Origin: Candidatus Sungiibacteriota bacterium
Lineage (GTDB): Bacteria; Patescibacteriota; Minisyncoccia; Sungbacterales; HO2-52-23
Assembly (NCBI GenBank): GCA_016432465.1
Contig: CP066690.1
Coordinates: forward strand, 786,724 to 850,723
DNA length: 64,000 bases
Reading direction: 5' to 3'
The notes under the pieces were generated by a model. It did no database searches. It was not told the DNA's origin and saw only the letters and a list, made by a program, of their open reading frames with translations. Position 1 is the first letter of the stretch, and each line of letters starts with the position of its first letter. Positions 37,590-47,645 of this stretch are shown one piece after another. The translations under genes and the position numbers were made by a program.

Positions 37590-37855
37590 ACTTCTTAAGC
37601 TCGTCTAATTCGGGTCAATCTGGTGCCAGTGGTACAAAGCTCTGACCCGGGGTTAATCGCTCGCCACAGGGGCACACAGCTCGTAATTCGCGGTGTTTCT
37701 ACCAGTAGTTCACGATCTTAAACGGAGAAATGTTGCCGGGAATCTGCCAAATAGCGGTTCTAAATGCGTGAAGCGCGCGGAGCAAGATATAGGTAGCGGA
37801 TGGCAAATAAATCTGTTTCTGTGTACAACTCTGGATTTTTCTTGGGATAATTGAT

Positions 37856-39100
37856 ATGGTAACAGTAATGAGGTTTACGCCTAAAAAAATTACACTATTG
37901 ATTGCGGGAGCAGTGTTTACTGCCGGACTTGCAGTGGGCTTTGTTATTCCTGTTTTTGCGGCTGATGATTACAACAGCTCAAGGTCAAATACCTCAATAT
38001 CAGTAGTAAACATACCAATAGCAAACAAACACGTTGGAGATATTCTTTTGCGCTACGGCGCGGGCGGCGCGGAGATCAACGAGGTGACGGACGCTCTTGC
38101 TCGAGGTATTAGCACAGCTGACCTCAAGGCAATGCTGGTTAAGTTTGGTGTAAGCGATACGGGCATTGAGGCGGTCTTTACAAAACTTGATGAGCTTGGG
38201 GCTGGAGCTGATTCTCCCGAAAAAGAATTTACAACAGGAGGGGCGGTTTCTGCTCCTGCCGCGGGGAAAACACCGCAACCAGCAGCAGTAAATCGAGAAG
38301 TTAAGCGAATGAGTGGCAAAGTTTCTGCTCCTAATACACAAGACGATCCAAGACGAGGCAAGGGAAGCGTCAATTTTATAAATAAACCAGACAGAGGCGC
38401 ATTTCACGATACGCAGCAGGAAATTCTTGCAGAGTTTGATAGGTACGAAGAAGGCAAAAGCGTAAGAGAAAAAACAGATAAAATAGAAAAACTCCGAGCC
38501 AACCGCGAAGCATTTCAAACAGAAATAATATCTGTGAATTTAACTATTCGCGAAAACGCAAAAGCGCTTCGCGATAATTTCCGAGAAAATGTAAAAACAA
38601 CAATAGGCCACGTGGACCACGGAAAGACGGCGCGCATTGCCGTTGCCCACGGCAAAGGACTGCGCATGCTCAATCGTTACCGTTCAGCCATGGTCCGGTT
38701 TGACCATATTTTAAGCCGGCTGGAATCGCGTATTGAAAAAATGAGAATTGAATTTGAAGCTGAAGAGCGAGCAAAAACCGGCTCTGTAAATAATACATTT
38801 CCGCCACGCAACATGGCTATTCTTATTGAGAAAGCCAAAAATATGAGCGTTGAAAACGAGGCAAAGATGGAAGAACTTAAGGCAAAATATGAATCCCTGC
38901 TTTTGGGCGAAAATGCAAAGGGAGTCTTAGCCAAATTGACCATCGTTCCTGAAAAAGGGGAGGAAGCCCGCGCGCTCGCCGCAGAACTGAAAACAGACAT
39001 AGAAAACCTCCGCGCCATAATTATTGAGATATATACGCAAGGAGCCGGCTACCGCGGCGGCGTCGATTTCAACAGTTCCAGATCAAATACCAGTATATAA
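37856..39100 (+). CDS. Secreted coiled-coil protein with a terminally repeated D[YF]NSSRSNTSI motif
   Basis: Signal peptide ending 'VFA/AD'; motif at 37967-37999 and 39065-39097. Confidence 0.75.
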   Translation: MVTVMRFTPKKITLLIAGAVFTAGLAVGFVIPVFAADDYNSSRSNTSISVVNIPIANKHVGDILLRYGAGGAEINEVTDALARGISTADLKAMLVKFGVSDTGIEAVFTKLDELGAGADSPEKEFTTGGAVSAPAAGKTPQPAAVNREVKRMSGKVSAPNTQDDPRRGKGSVNFINKPDRGAFHDTQQEILAEFDRYEEGKSVREKTDKIEKLRANREAFQTEIISVNLTIRENAKALRDNFRENVKTTIGHVDHGKTARIAVAHGKGLRMLNRYRSAMVRFDHILSRLESRIEKMRIEFEAEERAKTGSVNNTFPPRNMAILIEKAKNMSVENEAKMEELKAKYESLLLGENAKGVLAKLTIVPEKGEEARALAAELKTDIENLRAIIIEIYTQGAGYRGGVDFNSSRSNTSI

Positions 39101-39194
39101 TCATGGCTATTTACCCCGTTAGAAGTTCTTGGCAGAAAAATTTTTATAAAAATTTTTCTGCGCTGAATTAACGGGGATATAGTAAAAACAAAGT

Positions 39195-39575
39195 ATGTCA
39201 GAAACAAATTATAATAATCGCATGGAGCAGACTTATAACGGGGCAAGAAAAAACACACTTATCATTGCAATTATTATTCTCGCTGTTGTCGCGGGAGGAG
39301 TATTATTTTTCTTGAATCGGGGCCCTTCGTATCAAAAAGAGTCGCTTACGATTGAGCAGGGTTTGACGCCTATTGAACTTTCTCCAGAAGAACAGCAGGC
39401 GCTTCAAGCCGAAGGACTCGCCATTCCTTCTGGAGAAGACACAGCCGCAAAAAATTTGCAAACCGTGCGAACTTCCGACGAACTTGACGCTATTGGATCC
39501 GATCTCAACGAAACCAATCTATCAGGACTTGATGCCGAATCAGAAGCAATAGAAAGCGACCTCTCTGGGCTATAA
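39195..39575 (+). CDS. Membrane-anchored hypothetical protein
   Basis: Single TM helix followed by an acidic tail 'SDELDAIGSDL'. Confidence 0.65.
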   Translation: MSETNYNNRMEQTYNGARKNTLIIAIIILAVVAGGVLFFLNRGPSYQKESLTIEQGLTPIELSPEEQQALQAEGLAIPSGEDTAAKNLQTVRTSDELDAIGSDLNETNLSGLDAESEAIESDLSGL

Positions 39576-39798
39576 ACCTTGATAGGAGTAAAACAGAGGG
39601 CCGAGGGGCGCAACGGGGATTTATTCTTTCCCGCTCGCCACGTTAGAGATCCGCATTGTAAATGCGGCAGATACCATTGGCATCTCATCTCTAACGGGGC
39701 GAGCTGTTCCCGCAAAAAACTCCCGTGCTGGGAGTTTTTTGTTTCCAAACAATAGTGGGTTGAGGCGTGGGGGTAAAATGTTGTAAGATATAAAAAAT

Positions 39799-40146
39799 AT
39801 GCAATTTTTAATTAAAGTCCTAATCTCGGCGTTGATAATTGCTCTGGTGTCTGAGGCGGCACGACGGTTTACTTTGGTCGCCGCTCTTATTGCCTCGTTG
39901 CCTCTTACATCAATTTTGGCTATCATGTGGCTTTATCGTGATACAAATGATGCACAAAAGATTATAGATTTATCATCAAATATCTTTTGGGCAGTATTAC
40001 CCTCGTTGCTATTCTTTATTGTCCTACCAACACTTTTAAAAATGGGGTTTAAGTTTGGTTCGGCTATGGTTATATCATCAATAGTCATGTTCTTTGGGTA
40101 TACCATCTATGCCGTTTTACTCAATAAGCTTGGAATAAAGATATAG
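39799..40146 (+). CDS. DUF3147-family membrane protein
   Basis: 'KVLISALIIALVSE...ALIASLPLTSILA.MWLY...FWAVLPSLLFF'. Confidence 0.8.
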   Translation: MQFLIKVLISALIIALVSEAARRFTLVAALIASLPLTSILAIMWLYRDTNDAQKIIDLSSNIFWAVLPSLLFFIVLPTLLKMGFKFGSAMVISSIVMFFGYTIYAVLLNKLGIKI

Positions 40147-40324
40147 AAATAGCGGTGGGGGTAAGTTTATAAGTTCGCATATTCCCTCAAATCTGGGATG
40201 TAAATATATTCATTTTGTCTCTTAAAAATGGTTCTAACATTGTTCACGGTGCGGAGCATCTCCGAAAGGCCAGATAAAACTGGCTTCATGGTTAGTAATA
40301 AAAAAGATGCCCAAGATACGGGCA

Positions 40325-41440
40325 TCAGCTTTTGATTCGCTCTCTGTCTTTGCGGAATGCGTCAAATGCGCCTATGGCAATATCAAGAAGATCTTCGCGA
40401 AGGCACAGTTCATCGCAGAGCATCATGGTGCGGTAGCCTATGTCGTACAACCACGTTAGATCGCAGAAGTCTGCACAGGAGGGAATATCCCTATTGATAA
40501 GTGATAGAAGCGTCGTCTCTACCAGTCTCGCTGGATCCTGTTTGTTTAAGTCAAGGGCACGAACCAGTTTAATTGCTTCAGAGATTTTGCGGTTTCTAAT
40601 ATCGTTGACTACCGAAAGAAGAATTCTTGAGCCAACACACGCTTCGGGGTCTTTTCCAACAATCAGTCTTAGGGCGTCCACTATCATGTGTGGCCACTCC
40701 AATTCTATAAAAAGATCGCCGCGGGCAGCCACCAGAATAAGGTTGTCTGATTTTCGGAATCCTCGCGCCACGAAATTAAGACCGCGCCGGTTTTCTATTT
40801 TGAGCATTACGACTGTATCTCTGCCAATCAATTCTTGAAACTCGTCAATATCTCTTTGGTCTTCCACGTAGGACAGGAAGTAGTTCTTAAATCCTGCCCT
40901 TTGAACTTTTTCCAGTTTGCTTTTCTCTTCATCGGTAAACAGTGGGCCGCTGGTTTTTAAGGATGGGTCTAGGATGTGAATAGACTCTCCGGGGTAAACC
41001 ATGTACGCAGGTCCACCGCGAAAAACAAGACGCCGGCCGTCCTCCTCAAGTTTTTCCAACATGGCGCTATCGGCGCCGGCCTTGAATAAAACCATCACCG
41101 GCGTTTTTACAGAAATTGGGTGATTGAGTCTCAAGTCTAAGTGGGTGGTGTTTTCCTTGTCTACCCACGCAACACGCAATTGTCTGCCCTTGGCGTCAAA
41201 GTACAGAGGCACTGCGGGCTTAAGGTCGTGCAGGGCTGTAAGTTCTTTTTCCAGTTCCGGATTATTTATCATGGCGCTATTCAGTCGTATTCCTGCAATT
41301 CTTTTGTCATCCATAAATTTAGTGAAATGCGGGAAGCTTGACCACAGTGTTACCATAAGCTTGAGGGGTTTAAATAAAAGAGCCTCTGGAGACTTGACTC
41401 GCGAGAGGCTCGGGAAAAATCTACGCAGTCCTGTGACCAT
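40325..41440 (-). CDS. Divergent pyruvate kinase-like protein (barrel plus B domain, no C domain)
   Basis: 'GIRLNS', 'FDAKGRQLRV', 'LSYVE', 'LKIENRRGL', 'VAARGDLFIEL', 'PSCADFCD', 'MMLCDE' align with PK motifs. Confidence 0.75.
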   Translation of the reverse strand: MVTGLRRFFPSLSRVKSPEALLFKPLKLMVTLWSSFPHFTKFMDDKRIAGIRLNSAMINNPELEKELTALHDLKPAVPLYFDAKGRQLRVAWVDKENTTHLDLRLNHPISVKTPVMVLFKAGADSAMLEKLEEDGRRLVFRGGPAYMVYPGESIHILDPSLKTSGPLFTDEEKSKLEKVQRAGFKNYFLSYVEDQRDIDEFQELIGRDTVVMLKIENRRGLNFVARGFRKSDNLILVAARGDLFIELEWPHMIVDALRLIVGKDPEACVGSRILLSVVNDIRNRKISEAIKLVRALDLNKQDPARLVETTLLSLINRDIPSCADFCDLTWLYDIGYRTMMLCDELCLREDLLDIAIGAFDAFRKDRERIKS

Positions 41441-41450
41441 CTCTGACTCC

Positions 41451-42416
41451 TTAGTTTTTTCTGATCGTTACAGATCGTCCTTCGCCCAAAGACTTCTTTG
41501 ACTGTTCGCCGCTCGGCAAAGCATGTATGGTGTGCAAAGACGTCATTACAGTTTTGACCTGCTCCGGTGTTTGACGACCACTAAGCTCTTTCCGGAAATA
41601 ACCTATTTTCCCGGCTTCTCGGGCCATGATGCCGAAAATTACGTCAACCACGCGGCCGGGGTCAGCCAGAAGTGCAATGTGGTCTTCACCGACCAAAGCA
41701 GCCCAATTTTCATGAACTCTCTTGGTAGTGCCGGTTAGCGGACCATCAGAAAGCACCTCGCGGCCATAGGGCTTTTGAATAAAGTAGACCGAGAATTTCT
41801 GTTTCAATTCGTCAAAGATCTGACTGGTTCTTACCTTCTGGGGAAGCTTTACACGAGCGATCAATTCTGCTTCTTCCGGATCAACGAAGTCATAGGGCGA
41901 TTCGTCGCCAATGACGATCAGAAGCGGCCTCACGGCATTGGGCATAACAACGTTTCGTGCACAATAGAGAGCCGCAAGTTCATAGCTCTCCTGGGTTGTG
42001 CCGCCGCCTTCACCCTCAATCACCAGTTCCTTAAGTCTTTGAGCGTGGTCTGTTCCTTTGGCAAAGGGTCGCATCTGGAGCGGATACTTCTCGTTGTTGC
42101 GGGCATCGCCTATAGCACCCCAGCTAATTTCTACGTCTGTCCCCATGTATTCTGTCTTTGCCTCGTGTTCCAGATATGGCATTTTTGAGAACATGGTTGC
42201 TGGCCACTCACCCATTGAGCCTGACTGATCCGTAACAATAGCCATTGGGTTTTCGCTTTCAGTAGAGATACTTGCTGGAACCAAATCTTTAACGGTAGTC
42301 CCGCGGCTGAGGGCCTTATCCATGCTAGTTGCGGCAAAGTCTCGGTAATTCCTGCGTGCGCTCGCAAAGTCGTGACCAGCCCAGACGCCCGGACTATAAT
42401 CGCCAGCCTCTGACAT
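41451..42416 (-). CDS. von Willebrand factor A-like protein
   Basis: MIDAS 'VTDQSGSMG', 'AIGDA', 'EGEGGGTTQESYEL', 'IVIGDE'; AGGAGG RBS before ATG 42416. Confidence 0.8.
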   Translation of the reverse strand: MSEAGDYSPGVWAGHDFASARRNYRDFAATSMDKALSRGTTVKDLVPASISTESENPMAIVTDQSGSMGEWPATMFSKMPYLEHEAKTEYMGTDVEISWGAIGDARNNEKYPLQMRPFAKGTDHAQRLKELVIEGEGGGTTQESYELAALYCARNVVMPNAVRPLLIVIGDESPYDFVDPEEAELIARVKLPQKVRTSQIFDELKQKFSVYFIQKPYGREVLSDGPLTGTTKRVHENWAALVGEDHIALLADPGRVVDVIFGIMAREAGKIGYFRKELSGRQTPEQVKTVMTSLHTIHALPSGEQSKKSLGEGRSVTIRKN

Positions 42417-42580
42417 ACTGCCTCCTGTTGTTTTGGGATTTTCGGAGTGGTACCCATCCTGTCCACTCCGACCCACCAGTGATTGTACAGCTAAGTCACC
42501 TATTCTGTCAATGGCTTGACAAAAATGACACTTCTGGGTAGCATATAAGCAGCTCCCCAATTTTTATTATAGGTGGTTTG

Positions 42581-43636
42581 ATGGCTCACGCTAGGTCCAT
42601 TGAAGAACTTTACGAAGTGCTGGAAGTTAGTCTAAAGGCTTCTCCGGAGGTTTTGCATGCAGCCTTCAGGGCTCTTATGGCTAAACATCATCCAGATCCG
42701 CCCAACAGAACGGAAGCAGATGAGGAGCGTGCTAAAGAAGTCAGCGAGGCGTATGCCGTTCTTTCCGATCCCAGGGCCCGAGCGAGGTATGAACATAGGT
42801 TTAGAGACTTGACCGGCAAGATTGTTGGAGAATACCGCATACTGGCAAAAATTGCCGAGGGCGGATTTGGATGCACTTACAAGGCCGAGCACATGACTAT
42901 TGGCGAACCGGTGTGTATTAAGCACTGTCATAATCTGGATCCTTTTGATGAAGCAATTCTGATTGAGGAAGCTAAGGCCATGTGGGATCTTAGACATTAT
43001 TCAGTTCCGGCAGTTCGTGGTTTGTTAAGAATGCCGGACGGAAAGCTGGCTTTAGTGATGAGTTATATTCCCGGTCCAACGCTGACTCAACTCGTTGAGA
43101 AGTTATCAGAAAACAGCAGGAGATTGGATCCGGAACATGTAGCTTGGGTCACGGAGAGGGTTTTAAATGCTTTGCGTTACATCCACTATCAAGGTATAGT
43201 GCACGGTGATTTAAAACCGCACAATATCATTGTTGAGCCGGACAAACATTTAGCCTCTGTTGTTGACTTTGGGCTGTCCAAGATTAAACCTAAAGCCAAG
43301 TCCGGAAGTAAGGGTTACACTGAGTTTTTTTCGGCCCCCGAAGTTATAGCCGGCGGAACGATATTGCCGGAGGCTGACATGTATAGTTTGGGCATGACAA
43401 TGATTTATGCCTTATCCGGCGATCCGGACTGTTTGTTACGAAAAGAGGTACCAACCAATACACCCCTGCCCATGCAGAAGTTCATCAAGAAATTGATTGT
43501 CCGTGATCCTTTGTCTAGACCAAAATGGCCGAGTAGCCCGAATGAGATGGATCTTTGGGACGAGTTTTTGGAGATTCGCAGAGAATCTTTTGGCAGGAGT
43601 CGTTCTAGTCTGAAACCAATTCCGGGATTTAACTAA
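42581..43636 (+). CDS. J-domain (DnaJ-like) fused to a Hanks-type Ser/Thr protein kinase
   Basis: 'LYEVLEV...HHPD...VSEAYAVLSDP'; kinase 'AEGGFG', 'VCIK', 'HGDLKPHN', 'DFG', 'APE', 'DMYSLG'. Confidence 0.9.
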   Translation: MAHARSIEELYEVLEVSLKASPEVLHAAFRALMAKHHPDPPNRTEADEERAKEVSEAYAVLSDPRARARYEHRFRDLTGKIVGEYRILAKIAEGGFGCTYKAEHMTIGEPVCIKHCHNLDPFDEAILIEEAKAMWDLRHYSVPAVRGLLRMPDGKLALVMSYIPGPTLTQLVEKLSENSRRLDPEHVAWVTERVLNALRYIHYQGIVHGDLKPHNIIVEPDKHLASVVDFGLSKIKPKAKSGSKGYTEFFSAPEVIAGGTILPEADMYSLGMTMIYALSGDPDCLLRKEVPTNTPLPMQKFIKKLIVRDPLSRPKWPSSPNEMDLWDEFLEIRRESFGRSRSSLKPIPGFN

Positions 43637-43678
43637 TCTGTTTTGGGGTTTCCCCGCACGGAATAAACCGTGCGGTGT

Positions 43679-43761
43679 TTTTATCTGGCCTTTTGGAGAT
43701 GCTCCAAAAGGCCAGATAAAACTGGCTTCATTTGTTTCCAAACAATAGTGAGTTGAGGCGT
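43679..43761. repeat. Long perfect hairpin plus two ~30-bp direct-repeat units shared with 40260-40289 and 39738-39768
   Basis: CTCC(A/G)AAAGGCCAGATAAAACTGGCTTCAT and TTTGTTTCCAAACAATAGTG(A/G)GTTGAGGCGT, each with one mismatch. Confidence 0.8.
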
Positions 43762-43807
43762 AGTGAAAACAGGATTATCCACAATTTGAATTTTGTATAA
43801 TTAAAAA

Positions 43808-43988
43808 CGCCCTTCTCTTGGCGAGTTGGGCGAGGATGTAACTCGTAGCGTTGTGGACCGATATACGTCGGGAGCAGGGCCGCCAGCGCGGTGACCTTCC
43901 GATTTCATCGGGCAACTGCTACGGGGCTAAAACTCTCTGCGTTGTTGACTGGGTCAGCCGCTGGCACTGCCCAGGCAACGCAGAGGGA
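43808..43988. ncRNA. Candidate structured non-coding RNA with loop-loop complementarity
   Basis: ORF-free, GC-rich multi-stem region; loop GCCAGCG (43882-43888) is complementary to loop CGCTGGC (43959-43965). Confidence 0.45.
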
Positions 43989-44094
43989 TTATAACAACCT
44001 AAGCATAGCATAATCAGTCATGACCTGTCAACCACAAGTAACCCCTCATAAAAAGCATCGGTGTCTGTTACGGAGGCGTGTCAAGCGCAATAAA

Positions 44095-44274
44095 TCCCCC
44101 CACCTTCCCAGCGTGGTATTGGACCCCGTGGGAAGGATTTCTACAGCGCCCATTCATCCCCGCAGTCCAGCCTTCGTCCCGCTTCTAGCGGGACTACAGT
44201 CGCACGCCGCCATAGCTTTGGCGACGGCGCGCGGAGTAGGCCAAGCTACGAGGTATTCTGGGAAGGTGGGGGGA
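44095..44274 (+). mobile_element. MITE-like element, copy 3, with a nested 76-bp hairpin insert (44166-44241)
   Basis: Same TIRs as 5821-5924; TAAA duplicated on both sides. Confidence 0.8.
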
Positions 44275-44282
44275 TAAAAGCG

Positions 44283-45719
44283 TTATGGGGTTGGGTGCTT
44301 CTTTAGAAATTTAACCCTGCCCAGCGAAAAGAGGCCGTAGCTTGCCAGCAAAAATATAAAGGTATTGACCGGATAGCGGTGCCGGCCGTAGTCGCTGAAG
44401 CCCGCAACAATGGAGGTGGTTGCGTAATATATAATAAGTAGAGCAAGGAGGAGAGCAATCACTCTCCCAGCGCCCCCCCTTTTAACTGCCAAAAAAGCGC
44501 CGAGAGCCCCCAAGATGGTCAGAAATATCCAGAAAATTCTACCCGCTAATGGTATTAAAAAAAGTACTCCGAGTCTTTGCCAGACGAGCTTGGCAAGCGC
44601 CCCGGGCCCTTCTTTGATAAGCGTCACGGATGGGGAAAAGTCCATGGCAAAGCGCGGAATTACCCTGTATTGCCGTAAATAAGTGGCATATAAATCTTGG
44701 GTAAAGAAAGAATTTATGCTTATCGCAAAAACAGCCAGCGTTTCTTTGGGATTTTCAAGCATAATTTTAATTCCTTCACGCGCCAACAAAGATCCGTAAG
44801 CCGGATTTTCTTTTAAATCCTTAATAGTAAGGCCTTCCCGTAAAGCCAGGGTTTTATAAAGTTTTTCCTGCACTTCGCCATAAGGCTGGTCTGTTTTATA
44901 GTTCATTACCGAGGTGCCAAGAGACGAATAAATGTTGCGAACTCCGGTGGTGGACACGCTTATTGTGCCAAAGCGAATGTAGTTGCGGAGCAGCCAAGGC
45001 GAGAGGGTGAGGAGAAAGAAGACGGTAAACACTAACAGGATTAAGGCCCTCTGTTTAGCCGCCAGCACGATTCTTTCTTCGGGGGCGGGATCCGACCGCA
45101 CTCTTTTTAGGGATCCTTTAAGAAGAAGAATGAAAAGAAAAACGGCGGCCGGTATAAAAAGAAATTGAGCGTGAGGGCGAGTAAGAGTAGAAAGGCCAAG
45201 AAGTAAACCGGAAAAGAGAGCCGAACGGACTGAAAAATCTCCCAGCAGTTTTATAAAGAAAAAAACAGCCAGAAGCAAAAAGAAAACAGCAACCACGTCG
45301 CTCATTACGGTAATACTCCATAAAACCCCCAAGGGCTCAAACGCCGTGAGTCCGGCGGCCACTCCGGAGACGAAAGGGCGTACAGATAAACGCTCGCCAA
45401 TTCGGAAGACCACCAACGGCATTAACGAAGCAAGAATAATTTGTAAAATCAAAACCGGAAGTATGGAACTGGCTATAAGTTTTGATCCGGCAATTAAAAG
45501 CGGATAAAGAGGCGGGAAAAAGGCGGTCGGTAAAAAAGGCGGTTCGGGTTCCCGGGAGAATCCGTGTCCTGCCAGAAGATTATTGGCAGTTCGCAAAAAT
45601 ATTCTGGAGTCAGTAAGTTCCAGCCCCGTTTCTCCAAAATTGAGAAGCAGCGCAGAAAGGAGCAGCAAGCGAACAACCAAAGCAAGAAGGATAATTATAA
45701 TAAGTTTTTTTGGAATCAC
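44283..45719 (-). CDS. ArnT/PMT-like (GT-C) membrane glycosyltransferase
   Basis: 'TDSRIF..ANNLL.GHGF', '[10 protein letters not shown]', 'LSTLTRP', 'PWLLRNY', 'RHRYP'. Confidence 0.8.
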   Translation of the reverse strand: MIPKKLIIIILLALVVRLLLLSALLLNFGETGLELTDSRIFLRTANNLLAGHGFSREPEPPFLPTAFFPPLYPLLIAGSKLIASSILPVLILQIILASLMPLVVFRIGERLSVRPFVSGVAAGLTAFEPLGVLWSITVMSDVVAVFFLLLAVFFFIKLLGDFSVRSALFSGLLLGLSTLTRPHAQFLFIPAAVFLFILLLKGSLKRVRSDPAPEERIVLAAKQRALILLVFTVFFLLTLSPWLLRNYIRFGTISVSTTGVRNIYSSLGTSVMNYKTDQPYGEVQEKLYKTLALREGLTIKDLKENPAYGSLLAREGIKIMLENPKETLAVFAISINSFFTQDLYATYLRQYRVIPRFAMDFSPSVTLIKEGPGALAKLVWQRLGVLFLIPLAGRIFWIFLTILGALGAFLAVKRGGAGRVIALLLALLIIYYATTSIVAGFSDYGRHRYPVNTFIFLLASYGLFSLGRVKFLKKHPTP

Positions 45720-46342
45720 AGCGATTCTTTTTTTGCGACAACGATAAAAGTTGGTGATAAGTAATGCGTCAAAAGCGGATGTGAAAGGGTAAACTTTAGA
45801 AGTGCGTAAGGGAAGAACCCAAAAATTTTGGCGTGAGGGAAAAGTTGCATGACATCTTTAAGACTAAAAAACTTTTTGTGGTCAGGATTTTGCAGATCCT
45901 TAGGAGTATAGCCGAAAATTTTAAAAAAGGTATAAAGCCAAAAATAGGAATTAGGCGTAGTAAGCAGCAGTAGGCCGCCTGGCCCCAAAACCCGTTTGAT
46001 CTCCCGGATCAGATGATTGGGCGTATATAAATGTTCCAGCACGTCACTTGACCAAACAAGGTCAAATGACAGATCAGGGAAGGGGAGTCCTTTTTCCAGA
46101 TCCACAATTCTAGTTTTGGAGTACTGCATTTCATGATCAACCGAAGTTACGTTATAGCCAAGACCGGTCAACTTCTGTGACCAAAAGCCGTCTCCGCAAC
46201 CCATGTCCAGCGCTGTTTTTCCGGTAACAGCAAATTTCTTAGCAAATCGGAAACAAACCTTTTTGCTTTTAGCCCAGTGCCGCGCGTGTCCGGTGCCAAG
46301 GTCAATCAAGGGTAAATTTTTAAGAAATTGTAAAAAGCCCAT
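45716..46342 (-). CDS. Class I SAM-dependent methyltransferase
   Basis: 'ALDMGCGDG', '[12 protein letters not shown]', 'LLTTPN'. Confidence 0.9.
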   Translation of the reverse strand: MGFLQFLKNLPLIDLGTGHARHWAKSKKVCFRFAKKFAVTGKTALDMGCGDGFWSQKLTGLGYNVTSVDHEMQYSKTRIVDLEKGLPFPDLSFDLVWSSDVLEHLYTPNHLIREIKRVLGPGGLLLLTTPNSYFWLYTFFKIFGYTPKDLQNPDHKKFFSLKDVMQLFPHAKIFGFFPYALLKFTLSHPLLTHYLSPTFIVVAKKESL

Positions 46343-46415
46343 TTTAATGATTTTACTAATGAAACTAGCAGTAGACCTGTTAGGTTATATATACAGTGTA
46401 TACTAGGGAAAATTT

Positions 46416-47597
46416 ATGGTCTCGACAAGTAAGGCACCAGAAAAATGGGCCGCCAAAGTTCCGCAGCTTGATTTGGGGCGCTACGCCAGATTAGTAAGTG
46501 AGAAATGGCTGCGGTGTCTGAAAAACATTACCGACTCCGGGAAAGTTCTTAACGGACCGCATAAAAAAGCATTTGAGGAGGAGTGGGCGGCGTATCTCGG
46601 AGTAAAACACGTATTGGGGGTTGCTTCGGGTACCGATGCCCTTGTTCTTTCTTTGGAAGCGTTGGGTGTTGGTCGGGGGGATGAAGTAATTATTCATGCT
46701 AACGCCTTTATTGCGGACGTAGAGGCCATCATTGCTTTAGGGGCACAGCCGGTATTGGTTGATATGTCTTCTGAAGATTTGGGGCCGGACTATGAGGCGT
46801 TACCCAATGTTGTTTCCGAAAGGACCAAAACCATAATTGCTGTTCATATGCTTGGTTTGCCATGCAATGTCGGAAAGTTAATAAGATTTTCCGAAAAGTA
46901 CAACATTCCCCTGATTGAAGATGCTTCCCATGCTCACGGGGCCGCGGTTCAAGAATTGCACGGAGTTGAAGGGACGGGCGGCAGAGGAAAAAAAGTCGGA
47001 AGTTTCGGCAAAATTAATGCCTTTAGCTGCGGTCCTGTAAAAAATCTTGCCGCTTTGGGTGATGCTGGTTGTATTGCTACTGACGATACCGCTCTTTATG
47101 AAAAAGTAAAACTCTTAGCGGACCACGGACAGGCGAAAAAATATGAGCATGTGGTTTACGGATGGAATAGCCGGCTGGATGAGGTGCAGGCAGCTTGGTT
47201 AAGACTGGGGCTTACCACTCTTGATGAACGAAATCTCCGGCGGGCCGCAATTTACTTGCGCTACGTTAAGGCCTTACGCGACCTTGAACCAATGATAGAT
47301 CGCAAAGAAGGTCCTCCCAGCGATAAGTTTCCTGTTTTTCACCGCGCCGTATTTTTTAGCAAAAGACGGGATGAACTGCAGGGGTTCCTGCGCGCGCGCG
47401 GAGTTGAGACCGGAATTTACTATCCCCATGCTTTGCATGAGCAGGAAGCGTGGAAGAGAGCAGGGCTTCCCGCGGGATCTTTTCCTGTCGCCGAGAGATA
47501 TGCGCGTCAAAACATTGCCCTACCGCTTTTCCCCGAGATGACCGAGGAGGAAATAGAGTATGTCATAAGTTCCGTACGCGAGTTTTTCAGACGGTAG
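46416..47597 (+). CDS. DegT/DnrJ/EryC1/StrS-family sugar aminotransferase
   Basis: 'ASGTDAL', 'IEDASHAHGA', 'FSCGPVKNLAALGDAG', 'GWNSRLDEVQAA'. Confidence 0.92.
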   Translation: MVSTSKAPEKWAAKVPQLDLGRYARLVSEKWLRCLKNITDSGKVLNGPHKKAFEEEWAAYLGVKHVLGVASGTDALVLSLEALGVGRGDEVIIHANAFIADVEAIIALGAQPVLVDMSSEDLGPDYEALPNVVSERTKTIIAVHMLGLPCNVGKLIRFSEKYNIPLIEDASHAHGAAVQELHGVEGTGGRGKKVGSFGKINAFSCGPVKNLAALGDAGCIATDDTALYEKVKLLADHGQAKKYEHVVYGWNSRLDEVQAAWLRLGLTTLDERNLRRAAIYLRYVKALRDLEPMIDRKEGPPSDKFPVFHRAVFFSKRRDELQGFLRARGVETGIYYPHALHEQEAWKRAGLPAGSFPVAERYARQNIALPLFPEMTEEEIEYVISSVREFFRR

Positions 47598-47645
47598 AAA
47601 TTTTTAACTTTTGCCCGAGGAGGTTTTGATTCCCGGGCTTTTCTT

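Noticed and set aside
37600-37800. GC-richer stretch at the island's right edge as an att site or gene remnant
   Set aside because: No copy of the tRNA-Asn 3' end and no convincing reading frame.
42417-42560. 48-aa Cys-containing extension of the vWA ORF
   Set aside because: It covers the divergent promoter region; a strong AGGAGG RBS supports ATG 42416.
44020-44277. 85-aa ORF resembling the NadE N-terminus
   Set aside because: The similarity comes only from the shared MITE sequence.
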